A stretch of 63,117 nucleotides of DNA, the filler included, from Klebsormidium nitens (Eukaryota; Plantae; Klebsormidiophyceae), in NCBI GenBank assembly GCA_000708835.1. It is 4 parts of 4 records of this genome, joined end to end, with 100 filler letters (N's around TTAATTAATTAA, not from the genome) between each part and the next. Parts side by side here need not be neighbours in the genome. Positions count along the whole stretch, not along the records: positions 8,599 to 38,748 come from DF237780.1; positions 38,849 to 59,682 come from DF237922.1; 2 more parts are not named here. The stretch is one strand, 5' to 3'. The notes under the pieces are model-generated. The model ran no database searches. It was not told where the DNA came from and saw nothing but the letters and a program-made list of their open reading frames with translations. The position numbers were made by a program, and so were the translations under genes. Positions 36,405 through 48,593 of this stretch are shown here, one piece after another; position 1 is the stretch's first letter; the number at the start of each line of letters is the position of its first letter.

Positions 36405-38748
36405 ATGGAAGCCAACAACAACTCTCGCGCTCTCGAGCACACCATCGACGCGCCTGGAATCAGGACCTCAGAGGCTCTGCCTCCTGACAAGGAGGATGCG
36501 GCAACCCAGGGCACGTTAGACCTCAGGCCTACGTCCAACGGTTTGAGCATCAGAGATGAGATTCTACGCCTTGCTGACCACGGATTGTATGGGATCCCGG
36601 TGCACATCAAGATCGATGCTCGTGCCAAGAAGCGGAGCCAGTTCCCTCCCACTTACAAGCACATCGTCACCGTGGGAGATTGGGAGGAACACATCGGCGC
36701 AGTTCTCGATGCATTTGAAAAACCCAACGGAGTGGCCATACTGACCGGCACGAGCGGTTTGTTTGTCATAGATATCGATGTGGGAGAGAGCAGCGATAAA
36801 AAATCGGGAATGGAATTCTGGCACGGGCAAGTGATGGAGCATGGGGAGCCTGAGACTCTTTCCGTTCGCACGGGGTCTGGAGGGCTTCACTACTACTTTC
36901 GGCTCGATAAAACCACCGGCTTGCACAAAACTACCAATTTTGCTGGACTCACGCTCGATGGGGAAAAGTTTGGCGTCGACGGCCGCGGCACCGGAGGGGT
37001 GATTTTTGCACCCCCGAGCAGGTACGGGGAAGGCACGGATACATGTTGCGAGTACACGTGGGTGACCGGAGGCAATGGTAAGATCAATGGTATGCCCCCG
37101 TGGCTTGTGAGCCTGATCAACCGAGGGCGCGCCTCGGAAGGGGTCTCGAGAAATGCAAACGGCCGAGTGCCTCACCATAAGGAAGCCGATTCCGAGGAGG
37201 TCGTGCCAAAGGCCGTCGACGACGCAAAGGCTGGCGGCCCTGCAGCCAAGGCGGCTCCGTTTTTGGCGCACGTGGAAGTCAAGCAATTGGTAAGGGAGAA
37301 GGCAAAGGATTGGTGTTCCTTCTATACCGGCTCGACGGTCTTACCGGATGGCAACAGATCGTTTCAGTTCAGGGTCAATGGTCCACGCCAGTGCTACCTG
37401 GGAAAAATGCACAGAGGGTCCAATAATTTCACGGTAATTCAAGGGTGCACCGGTGACTTCCAGGAGCTTTATTACAATTGCTTCGGGTCCGGTTGTTGTG
37501 GAAGCAAGCCGAAGCTGCTGGGGCGTCTCACGATAGCCGGTGCTCTCGAGCAAGCTGGGGGTGGTGCTTTTGGACCCAAGGACCATCAGCCGTCGAGCCT
37601 CAATAAGCTGGCCGCTAGATTTTCCAACCCATTCATGTTGTCCAACGTGGGCAAGAGCGATTTCGGAAGTGCTCTGATATTCAGCAAACTGTTCGAGCAT
37701 GACAGGCGGGTGGTGTACGACTCGGGGAGATTCTGGACGTGGGATGCAACGAGTTAGGTGCCCTCCGATATGGAGGCAGCTCTGCTGAAGACCTCGTTCA
37801 TGTACCACATGGGGCGGGTCAAATCGTTTTGGTGCGATCGCCTTGAACGGGCTTTTGACGAGAAGTTTGAACAGCTTTCGACTCGCAGAGACATTGCTTT
37901 GAACGAACTTCAATCCCGGGCCTCGCAAAGTGCAAGACAAGACCAAGAAAGACATCTTGAAGGGCATCGAAAAGGCAGAGAAGGCTATCATCGCAAACTT
38001 CAAGATGGAGTTGAAGAAGACACCCGCACCGGTGTGGCATGGGGCGGAAGTCGAGTCTGTCCCCATCGCCCACAGGTGTCTCATTCCTCTGAAAGTGAAT
38101 TTACGTGTGCGGGATTTTGCAAGCTCGCTGAATGCCAATCGGGACTACTTGAACACCACATGTGGCTCCATCGACCTCCGAACGGGGGAGCTCGTTGCTC
38201 ACCATCCAAGCAATATGCTCTCAAAGGAGATTGACACCCTTTATGAGGGTGCCAGTTACCCATCGCCGCTCATCGATCAATTCATGGCTGAGGTGCTGAC
38301 CGAGGACATAGTTCCCGTTATGCAAATGACACTCGGGTATGGCATCACTGGGCACAGCAAGGAGAAGCAATTCATCGTTATGCATGGCCCGACGAACAGC
38401 GCAAAGACAAAACTCGTCACCATGCTCCGAGAATGTACTGGACCCTACTGCGTTTCGATGGCCCGCGACTGCGTCATTGGCGCAGGTCAGCACTCAGAAG
38501 GGGCCGCCACGCCGCACCTTCTTATGCTTGATGGAGCGCATATCGCTGTCCTCGAAGAGACTGAGGACTCGGATATATACAATGGAGCATCGGTTAAGGC
38601 GATTGCATCCGGCGATGGGAGCATGACCGTAAGAGGGCTGCATAAGGACCCCGTTGAAGTCACTATGAGGTGCCTACCGATCATATGCACCAACTCATTA
38701 CCAAAGTTCAATGCGGGAGACACGAGTACCCTCAATAAGCTGAGGATC
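36405..38748 (+). pseudogene. Bifunctional Prim-Pol - UL52-type Zn finger - D5-like SF3 helicase, disrupted and truncated by the gap
   Basis: Prim-Pol motifs NGVAILTG..GLFVIDID, VRTGSGGLHYYF, GVDGRG.GGVIFAPPS and YTW...MPPWL. ZnF CYLGKMHRGSNN...YYNCFGSGC. D5 motifs NANRDYLNTTCGSIDLRTGEL, HGPTNSAKT, IAVLEE, KAIASGD and IICTN. TAG at 37755 and a frameshift at about 37860-37930. Confidence 0.92.
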
Positions 38749-39061
38749 NNNNNNNNNNNNNNNNNNNNNNNNNNNNNNNNNNNNNNNNNNNNTTAATTAA
38801 TTAANNNNNNNNNNNNNNNNNNNNNNNNNNNNNNNNNNNNNNNNNNNNAACGTATCCTGAACGGTGACATCGGCTCACTGAAGCCGATCCATCCGGGATA
38901 TTACGCCGTCTTGCAGACAGCTGCGCAGTGCGTCGTTAAGACGTAACCACCGCCGTTTCGCTAACTCGCGGTCAACGAAATCCTGTCGAGAACGAGGTTA
39001 GGCTTAACCAGTCGTAATCGTTACAGTCACCAGCTGGGATGATCTCCCAATTGACGAGCTG

Positions 39062-42000
39062 TTGGTGGAGGTGGGGAGGGGGTTTGCACTGGGGGCCCTG
39101 CAAGGACTTCTCGGAGATGAGGAGGGGGGGCAGGAGCTCTGCCAGCAGGAGGGGGGGGAGGAGGAGGTGGTGATGGAGGTTGGTGGGGAGGAGGGAGAGG
39201 AGGAGTTTCTAGGGGGGGATGAGGGAGAGGAGGGGATTGAGGAGACAGTGGAGGGGGAGGAGATTGCGGGAGAGGAGGAGTTTGAGGGGAGGGAGGAGGG
39301 AGAGGAGGGAGCAGAGGTGGAGCAGGGTCTCCCAGGAGGGGAGGAGGAGGGACAGCAGGCGAGCCCTGCGTACCCTGCGGAGTATGCTGACCAGCAGGTG
39401 AGCAAATTTAGAAACAGCAAAACAGCATGCTTTTGTTTTGACGTAGAGTGTCCCTTAGTGTGAAGTTTGTTCTACCAAGGTGAGGTGCGACAGAATCTGG
39501 CGGGAATATGACCTCATAGGTAGTTTGTATTCTGTTCTCTATTGCAGAAGATGTATCTGCTGAAAGCTTTCAAGAACATGTGATGCACACGCAGATGGCA
39601 AAGCACGCAAGAGTGTTTTGTGTCGCTTGCCATCCCTTTGTTCAATATATATGTCCTGATGCTGGTCATTTCTATCGATTCACCATTCGGCTGCTACATT
39701 GCTACTAGACTTTCTGCATTACGTAGAAGATAAGGTCATACTTTTTAAGTGTTTTGTTCATTGTCGATTCTCTTTGCTTGTGTTACACGTGTCTGGTTGT
39801 GAATGATATGCCAAGGTGCAAGTTTATCACAATGTCACACTTCTCATGATCATTTTTTCAAAGAGTTTGTCAACGTTGTCTAGAACAGAATTTTCAACTT
39901 GTCTTTGATTGGCAATCAGGAAGCTAAGATTCGCTCGCGACAGATCCTGCATTGCAAAACAGTACGATGGCCAACGACGCGTGTGTCTATTCACCCAATT
40001 TCTTTGCTTCTTGATGAAGACACCTCTTCCCTGTTCTCGAGGTTTCTCAATTTGCTAGATTGACTCATCAGTTTCAAATCTTCCTCCTTCCAGGTAGCAT
40101 CCTCCAGGGCCTCAGAGGTGGCGCCCTGCCCCCCCGCCGCTGCCCCCCTGGTCTCAGTCCCTCCCCCGAGCAGCCACGCACACGACCAGGGGGACAGCTG
40201 CAGGGCGCAGGAGAGCCCCCTCGAGGTTTCCCTACTCGGGGTGGGTTTGTTCAGCGACGACGCGTTCGCACCCCCGGAGAGCACTCCCCCCAGGTTCGGC
40301 GTCTTCTCCGGCCCTGACTTTGACCTGGAGGCGCTCCCTACGCCCAGCCCGCGCGCCCCAGGCGCCCAGTCTAGTTCTCCTTGCCCCGCCCCGCTAGCAG
40401 AGACAGTAGTTTTGCTTGAGGCACTCCTTGGTAGCGACGTCCTGGCGGCCGTCGCGCTCTCGCCATCCGAGCAGCATCTGCTGTATTCATTTTACAGCGA
40501 CACGGAGGAGACGGTCACGAGCGATGACGTAAGCGAGGGGGATGAGGATCAGGAGATGGGGGGTGTCCTGGTTGATGAGGAGGTTGGGGACTCCCGGTGG
40601 CGGAGGGGGGGCGACACGGCGCTGGTGCAGGCGTGGCTGCAGCCGCAGGTCAGCAAAAGCTCCCACTCAGTGATCAGAATTATGAAGTTTAATTGTAATG
40701 AAGAGATTTATAACGAAGACAGAGGGGTTGGATCTGAGGGTAGGAATGGCCTAAAAAGAAACCACAATTGCAACTTTACAAGGGGCCACCGTTTTGAAAG
40801 ACATCTTGTTGCAAGTTTCCAGGATGTGAATTTTTCGAGGTTCTGCTTAGTGGAATACTTTGATTGAGTTTCAGCCTGCAACATTGTCAATCTTCTGGAG
40901 GATCTTGCTGGAACTGGGAAGGCTGGGAAAGCTGGGAAAGAAAAGTAACTCAATCTGTTCCTGCTGTGCATTAGGATTGGGAAAGAATAAGTATCTTAAT
41001 CTGTTTCGTTTTTGCTTGCAGGAGCCGGCGGAGGACCAGCATGCCTTCCTGGCAGCAGCTGGCCTCGAGTATTACTCGAACATGTCGTTTCTGCGATTGC
41101 TGGGCAAGGTGAGCTTAAGACTTTCGACTGCCGACTTTTCCAAGAAGCTGTATTCCCCTTGCCGTATGACTTAATCTGTTGGAAAAGCACTGTTCTGAAA
41201 TTCAGATCAATCCTCTTCCGGTTGCGCCAAAGTCATGCCGAGCGTGTGCGCGCTGATTCGAAGAGCCACTTTCGTTTGTTTTTCAAGTAGATTGCCAAAA
41301 CGAAGGCTCTTGTAACGATATGCTGGGACCGAGTGGAATCAATCTGCATCTTTTGAAAATCGACGGAGTATTCAAAGTCTCCAGGAGTGCCCCAACTGCA
41401 ACAGCTCTGTATTGACATTGTGCATTATCTTTCGCAGGGGGGCCAAGGGATCGTTTGCCTCGCCACTGGCTTCGATTCTCAGGGCGAGTATTGCTTCCTG
41501 GCCGCCAAGTTCCTGTTCCAGGGCTCAATGCTGGAGGTGAGCAAGAAGACTTCCGTAGGCTCTCTCCTCGGTTCATTCTCTCTGACACTAACAAGGGCCT
41601 GAGTGGCAGTTTTTAGCAGGTACAGGCGCAAAGCGCGTGAATGTTAAGATAAGGGTTGTGCTTAACGTCTTTTGGCCGTTTGCGTAGCCTTAGTCGAACT
41701 TGGCTTCGTGAAAACATGACCTTGAAAGGTAGAAAACTCCGATGGGTCTTCCAGATGTCACTCAAAATGACTGCAGATTGGCTTCTGTGAAAAAGCATCG
41801 TCGTATTTTGTCCAAAGAAACACTAGGATCAGAATCTTCTAAAGACACCAACCATAAAAGTCAACCTGACTTAGGTCAAGTTCCGAGACACCATAGCACC
41901 AAAGTTCGTACAACTGCACTCGTTTCAAACTGGGAGCCTCTCGGAATACTTGACGCCGTTCTCCTTCCTTCGATTTGCAGGCGAAGAACCTCATCCGGTG

Positions 42001-44053
42001 CCGCGACTGCCCACAGATTATCCGCTTCGAGGGTTACACTCTGTATGAGGGGGCGCTGGGCCTGCTGTTCGAGCTCGCGAACTCCCCCCCGGACTGGAGC
42101 GTCGCCGGAGCCACCCCCGATTTCAACCCCGCCCGCCTGTACGAGATCGCGCGCTACATGTGGCACGTGGCGGGCGCGCTGACGTGGCTGCAAGAGCGCG
42201 GCTTGATCCACCGGTGAGCAAACCAATGGTTCTTAAAGCGAGCCGGAAGCATTTTGAATACTGCATAGAATGCAACGGGTTTGAATGTGACTCGAGACAG
42301 GGTCCTGATACTGGTTTAAGAAGGCACTGGTGGAGACGAAGCTGGAAGACATGCGTGACAGTCCTGGCAATTGTATGCCTCTCAATATCCCGTCTTCGTT
42401 TCTGTTTCGTTTGAAAAGACGGAAGAGCAGATGTAGACAGCGCAATGCGTCTGTGTTAGATGTCAGCACAGTTTTAACTGCCCCTCACAATGATCATTGG
42501 TTCCCACTTTTCTCACCGTCCGAGTCTGAATTGTAACCGTCTCTCATCTTCGAGTCCGTGTCCGCATGTGATTTGCTTTTTCCTCTGCTTCCGTTGGAGA
42601 AATGCAGGTTTGATGAGGAGACAGCCGAAGTCTGACCAGTCTTCTTTTTCCGCGCAGGGACATCAAACCGGAGAACATTCTCGCCAAGGACGGGGTCGCC
42701 AAGCTGGCGGACTTCGGACTGGTGACTTCAGCCGAGGAGGCGGCACGGGGCGGCGACGTGGGAACACCACCAGCTGACTCCCTCTCTTGCACAATTTCGT
42801 TGGTCAAGCCATTTGACATGCATGGGAAGGAACTTCTGATCGAAGCTCTAAAATCGTCTGCAGAGTCTTCGGATTCCCAAATCTATCACCTGTGAAACTG
42901 AGACTCAAAGTTGTTTTCACTGGAAGGGATCTCTGCGCACTTTACCGCAGTCGTGGCTGCTTCCTAGGTTTCTCCATCAATCTGAACTTCCTTCTCGCAA
43001 ATATATTTGGACAAGCATGTCAGAAGTCCATGAACATGGTTCGTATCTGCTTGAGCATTTGCAGTAGCCTCACTTCTCATCCCGCACGCACGTTTACGGT
43101 GTCGCTCAATCCGTAGCTCACGTCTTTTCTCAAAACCGTGTGTACAATGCGGCACGCAGGGCTACATCGCCCCGGAGGTCCACGTGGAGCTCTGCCACAC
43201 CTCCGCCTCCGACATCTTCGCCGCTGGCGTCACCCTGCACAATCTGCTGACGGGAACGCAGCCGTGCTTGGAGTTTTCGGACACCGAGGTCAGCGGCGCT
43301 GCTTTTATTTGACGGTCCTCCAATTGCTTCGTCGTTCCTTTGGAAGCTGTGCTGGAGTTCCTTCGCACTTTGATCTCCTTCAACCTCGTTCCATCTACCT
43401 ATCTCCCGTGTGTCTTACCATCTCTCCATCCGTATTGCTTGTAGTCTCGCCCGGTTCATTCTTCTCCCCTGGCACGTCCTTCCACCTCCTTTTCTCTCGT
43501 TCTCATATTCTAGTCATCCCCAATCTCCTTCGTCTACTTCGTGCTTCGTCCTCGTTCCACCGCGCTCCGTATCTATTTAGTAACAGGGCTGCAAGCACAG
43601 GAAGGTTTGGCTTTTAACCGAACCTGGTTAAAGACAAAACAACCGCTTTCACTCAGCTGTCGTAAAAGGGCATCTAAGTAAAACCCGGACTTGGTTGACG
43701 ATCCTCTTTTCTTGTGAAGAATGGCTCGCAAAGTCGCCTCGTTAACAATGGTCTAAGCTTCGCGTTTTTCGAAGTCCTACATTGGGCAGTGTTGCTTGAA
43801 TCTGGTGACTCGTCCGCGTCCATTTCTAAGGTCTCCTCCTTCTTCTCAGGCCCTCCACTCCCATTTCGACGAAGGGCTGCGGTACACGTGGCCGTCCGAG
43901 ATCTACGTGTACGGTTCAGAGCTGGTGGCGCTAGTTGAGCGCTGCTGGCACACGCTGCCCGAGCGGCGGCCCACCGCGGCCGCGCTCCAAAAGGCGATGT
44001 TCGGCATATCCCTGAGGCTGAGCCGGCTTCCGCGCGCGACAGCGGCCGCGTGA
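39062..44053 (+). CDS. Ser/Thr protein kinase with a Glu-rich N-terminal extension (multi-exon)
   Basis: Exons up to 39397, 40094-40648, 41022-41108, 41438-41536, 41981-42213, 42658-about 42769, 43160-43288 and 43850-44053 give LGKGGQGIV, AAK, HRDIKPEN, DFG, GYIAPE, SDIFAAG and CW...RRPT. The true start is unresolved. Confidence 0.9.
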
Positions 44054-47000
44054 CCTTTCGGGGTTTAGCGAGAGGCGGCTTTGCGAGGGCCCAGAGACTT
44101 TAGGGCGGCTTTTAATGATGTTCGCAGCGTGGGGGGAAGCGAGTTGTAGAAATGAAGACAGGGTTCGGTTCTGGCGTACTGGCGAGATCTGGGCGGTTGA
44201 GGGTTCAGCGAGGGGTTTTGCGAGGATTCGTAAATCTTAGCGGCTTTGGTGAGGGTCTGCAGCGGGGATTTTGGCGAGGATGGGGAGGTTTCGGGTCGAG
44301 TGTATTGAGGGTTTCGGGGCAGGAATTCAGAGCGATTGGCGGGGGTCTGTACAGAGATTTAGGGTGGAGTTCGAAGTGGCGAAACGGATCGGTGCGAGGG
44401 GTTTGCAGGGAATAAGAAAGTTGCAGTTACCTTAGGGGGTTCGGTTAGGAGAATGATGCTTGTGCGGCTGTGCGCGGCGTACCACTTGGATGAGATAATC
44501 TTAGCTTGGACTTGAAATGTTACCATAGTTGCAGGACGTCTTGTAAGTAGTGGGAGCGAGTTGCAAGGTCTGACTGCGTAGACGCGTTTGGCCAATCAGT
44601 TTACATTCTTTACAGTTGTGAACAATATTTATAGGACTTAGCACACGGTATAATGACTGGTCGAAATGATTATTCGCTAACTTATGTAGCTTACAATATT
44701 GAAAACGTTATTGACAGCCTGTCTCGATTGTCTACGGCTAGACAGCTTATAATTGGACCAACTGTGCACGCTATTCATTGCAGCCGTTTAAGTAGGCTAG
44801 ACCAGTTTGTTTATTGCCGTTCCTAATGATAGTCATCCTTTTCTGAAAAGACGCTAAACATCGAAAAGTGAAACCCTCCGACCTGCTAATAGAAAGTGTT
44901 TTGAAGGCGTTCTTATGGGCGGCCCTGATACGCACGCTTTGTGATTGCCGCTGGGACCGCATGAATCTCAGTTGTCCGGACCCTGCATGCCGGATGTGGG
45001 CCCTGCAATCTGTCCTTCATAGATGGTACTAAGGGTAGAGTCATTTTGTAAGTGGTACCCCCCCATAATTCTAGGGGGGTGGGGGGCTCTGGACCAAAAT
45101 GCAGAACCTGGGTCGGAGGGGGGGGGGACCCAGCGCAGTGTTTGAGAGTGAGGGTCCCTGGGGGGGACCACCTGGGACCCCATGAGAGGAGTCGCCCTTA
45201 AACCCCTTATAACTAGACTTTGTCCACATTTCTTGATCATATTGGTACGAAGTCTGCCCCAAAATGCGTCAAGAAAGGGCCGAAGTTGCTTGAAAGCGGC
45301 CCTGCGGGGCTCACAGCGTGCACAAACCGAGCGATATACGGTATACCGTATGCGGTGCATTATCAAAAAGCCCTATCAAAGCCCTTGCAAAATCTTTGCG
45401 TTTACTTTTGGCTGGACGACGTCCCCTTACATGCCGCCGGGTGGGAGGGGGGGGGGCTTGGGACCCCGCGGCGAAGCCGAGGCCCCCCTGGGCCTTATGG
45501 AAACACCCCCTTCAACTAGATTGGCAGCACGATATGCTGCACTCGGCATGCCATTTGATCATATTTTATCAGAAGTTACAGAAGCTATGATGTATTATTG
45601 TAGGTGATTTGCAGTAATTAAGTTCTTATGAATTTGTGATCTTTGCCGGTTTGCTCAAGGTTTGTCAGGGTTGCGGCCCGCCGGTGAGGAACTGAACTAG
45701 CTGGTTGAAACTATTGCGTTTGTACCTACACAATCCGAACGGACTGGTGATGGACGTTTGTCGACAGATTTGGCAGTTAAAATTACATGTAAATTAACGG
45801 CTTGCACTCTGCGTATACAGTATAACGTACCGGTATCCGGCCAGGACAATGGCCGCCCGGCGACTTATTTGCCTGCCCGGGACCACCGGCCGCCTCCGCA
45901 CCTAAGCCTAAGGTCTTGACACTACCTAAACGAAAACCATTTCCAGACGACAGGGGTACCCCCTGAAACAGACCGGAACTACAATCGACGGTCCGCGACA
46001 ACTTAACACACGTGCGAAACCCAATTGTACGCCCTGCGACAGTCGGCCGACCGACTAGACGTGCAGAATACGACAAACGAGTCAGAACATGCTGTACAAA
46101 CTTTCCGGTGCCAAACGGGGAGCCGATATTTCAGGGCGAGGAGCATAACTGCAAAACCGTACACCAGTTTTACAATGCCTGAGTGAAGTTCCTGAAAATG
46201 CGATCGCGCCGCCATCTTCTCGCGCCCAGAAACACGCCATCTTTAAGGGTACTGCGGCGGCCAAACGCCGGAGAAAACACAGGGCGGAGTCGCCACCCAT
46301 TTCCAACGTCGTACTGTGGCTTTGCACGGTTCCATAACGAAGGCTTTCGCCATTTTCAATAACGCGTACGCTCGCGCGCATTTGGGGCGCACACTGGACA
46401 GCAAGAAAATGGATGCATGCCAAAAATGGTCGATACAATTATGGGGGGGTACCGGCTACAAAATGACGGAGTCTTTGGTCGCGCGGACGGGTCCCCGTCC
46501 CCGTGGACACGCCCGCGTGGACGGGTACCGCCGGTGCTGCCGTGCGGTACCGACCCGTAGCGGACGCCGCGTGGACGGTACCGCTAAAAGCGAATTTCGG
46601 TGTGGAGCCTGCCGGTTTCAGGCGTTACCAGGCAGAAACGGCACCCCCTCGTTAACTCTGCCGTTCCCCCCTGAAAGAATCTTCAGACAAGCAAGCAGGT
46701 TCCCTTCATCTCAAGGGGAAAGCCTACTTGGAGTACCCCATTCCTAGCTTCCCAACCTCCACCAACTGATTCAGAGACCATGGCGCCTGCCAACTGTCCT
46801 CCTTATTGTCAGAGTCTGCCAGCCCTTGCCTTCCGGCCCCATTATAAGGTCAACTGCAGCTTGAAGCGCAGGGATGCAATCTTCAGAGGTCGTCAGGAAA
46901 GTCACAAGGATGCCATGCTTAGTATGAGCAGGTTTACACCGTGCATAAGAATTCTTGTCTGTCAAAGCCCGTGTTTCAGTAGCTGAATTAGCTGATCAGC

Positions 47001-47854
47001 TGCTGTGCTGAATGTGTCAAACTTCTGCACAGCTACAGGACTTTTCAAGGGAAGAGCTACTAGCAATGGCTGATTTTACCACACGTCACTGGGCATGTTA
47101 CCTCTTGGAGACGACGGATGCTAGTCGGTATGGTCGCAAGATTTACATTGGGTGAGTGCTTCCATCTCTGCCTGGTGTCCATTCTGTTTTTGGCAGTAGG
47201 TTTGAGCTTGTGTTCATATTGCATGGGTAAGCATGGGTAAGCAAATGAGCTGATAAGCTGCCAAGGCTCCCCTGAATCAGAAGGGCTTTCAGCAGCTGAG
47301 GATTTCAGTAGGAGGTTGCTTGAAGCCCAAAGCAACAACCCTCTCATTGCTTATGATGCGGTGGCCCATTTGGAGCTAAGAAATGTATTAAGGTCTGAGG
47401 CCCCTAGTTGGACAGAAATGCAAGGAAAGTCCTAATACTGGCCACATTGTGATTCATGTGTCCACCTGACAATGTTGTTTTTGTATCAGAGTTCTCTGGT
47501 TAAGTTGACAACTGTCGCTGAGTGCACGCTTGGTTGTGATTGGCTGCATACTTTTTGGGCTTTTTCAGCACATCTGCAGTGCATGTGACTGTTCTCCGGT
47601 CTATCATGTCTGACCTTTTTACGATTTCCTGTCTCACCTTAACGCTGATAACCAAAAGTCTGACTGCGACGTCACTAGCCATTTACCTCACTTACTTATG
47701 GTTGCAAGGACGAGGCAAGGACACTACACCGGAGCCTGAACTGTCATCACATCTGCTAGTGCATATAGCATTGGCATTTTAAAATACTTACGGCTAGATA
47801 AAAGGGTGCAGGCCCGTTCTGAACTCGGCCCATGTTACTGCTTTTGAACGGCAG

Positions 47855-48593
47855 GTACACTCACAACCCTACCCGGCGCCTCCAATGCCACAACGGAGAG
47901 ATTACTGGAGGGCCGGCCACAACTGCAGCCATGCGGCCTCTACGGTTCGTGGCCATCGTCTATGGTTTCAGTTCACAGAGGGAGGCTATGAGAGTAAGCT
48001 GCACATTTGGGTTCTTGTTATCTGAACCAGTCGTCGTTTCCAGCAAAGATGTCCTTTCAAATATTCTCGAAGCTGACGCTTTGCAAGCTAAAGGTTCTTT
48101 GATAGTGTTGCCTTTTATTGGAACTGTGCATTTAACTACAGACTTTTGAATATGACGCATCCTGTTTTGTTGAGCTCAGCTTTCTGCAAATCGCGCAGTC
48201 AGACAGGTCGTGCAGATTTTACTAGAAGAAGTACTTTCTGAGCAATTGTTCTGTTCGTTCTATCAACAGGGATTCTGTTTTGGGATGTCCTCTCTATCAA
48301 TGATTAGATCGGGAGACTAAGTGTAACAAGTGCAGATCAAGTAGGCTTGTATTCAAGTAGTCATGCGTCCAAGATGAGTTTCAAACAAAGAGCTCAAATG
48401 CTCAAATAATCCCAATGCCTCCTTACACACTTTAGTGTGTTCTTTTGCAGTTCGAGCGAGTATGGCAGTCGCCGAGATCCTACAGCCGCGATATCCGCCG
48501 CGAAGTCTCTGACCTCACACACAGGCAGCTTTCAGGAGTGGCGGGAAAGCTGCGCATCCTTGCAATCATGCTCAACCGACCGGAGTGGACAAG
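47855..48593 (+). CDS. SLX1: SLX1-like GIY-YIG structure-specific endonuclease exons (divergent)
   Basis: Exon 47855-47993 reads YTHNPTRRLQCHNGEITGGPATT...RPLRFVAIVYGF. Exon 48451-48593 reads FERVWQSP...GKLRILAIML. The splice is phase 0. Both match the SLX1 pattern RRLRQHNG.I.GGA / FEWAWQ.P. Confidence 0.75.

Larger units (their letters stand above)
34942..38748 (+). mobile_element. YR + Prim-Pol/helicase integrative element, unit 1 (ends not defined)
   Basis: Tightly packed intronless YR, small ORF and Prim-Pol-D5 gene. The same gene pairing recurs at 60077-63117. Confidence 0.65.

Noticed and set aside
44060-44450. Scattered TTTAGGG-like motifs; also the inverted pair TTAGGGTTTAAAACCCTAA near 9105
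   Set aside because: Not tandem arrays, so insufficient for a telomere or interstitial telomere call.
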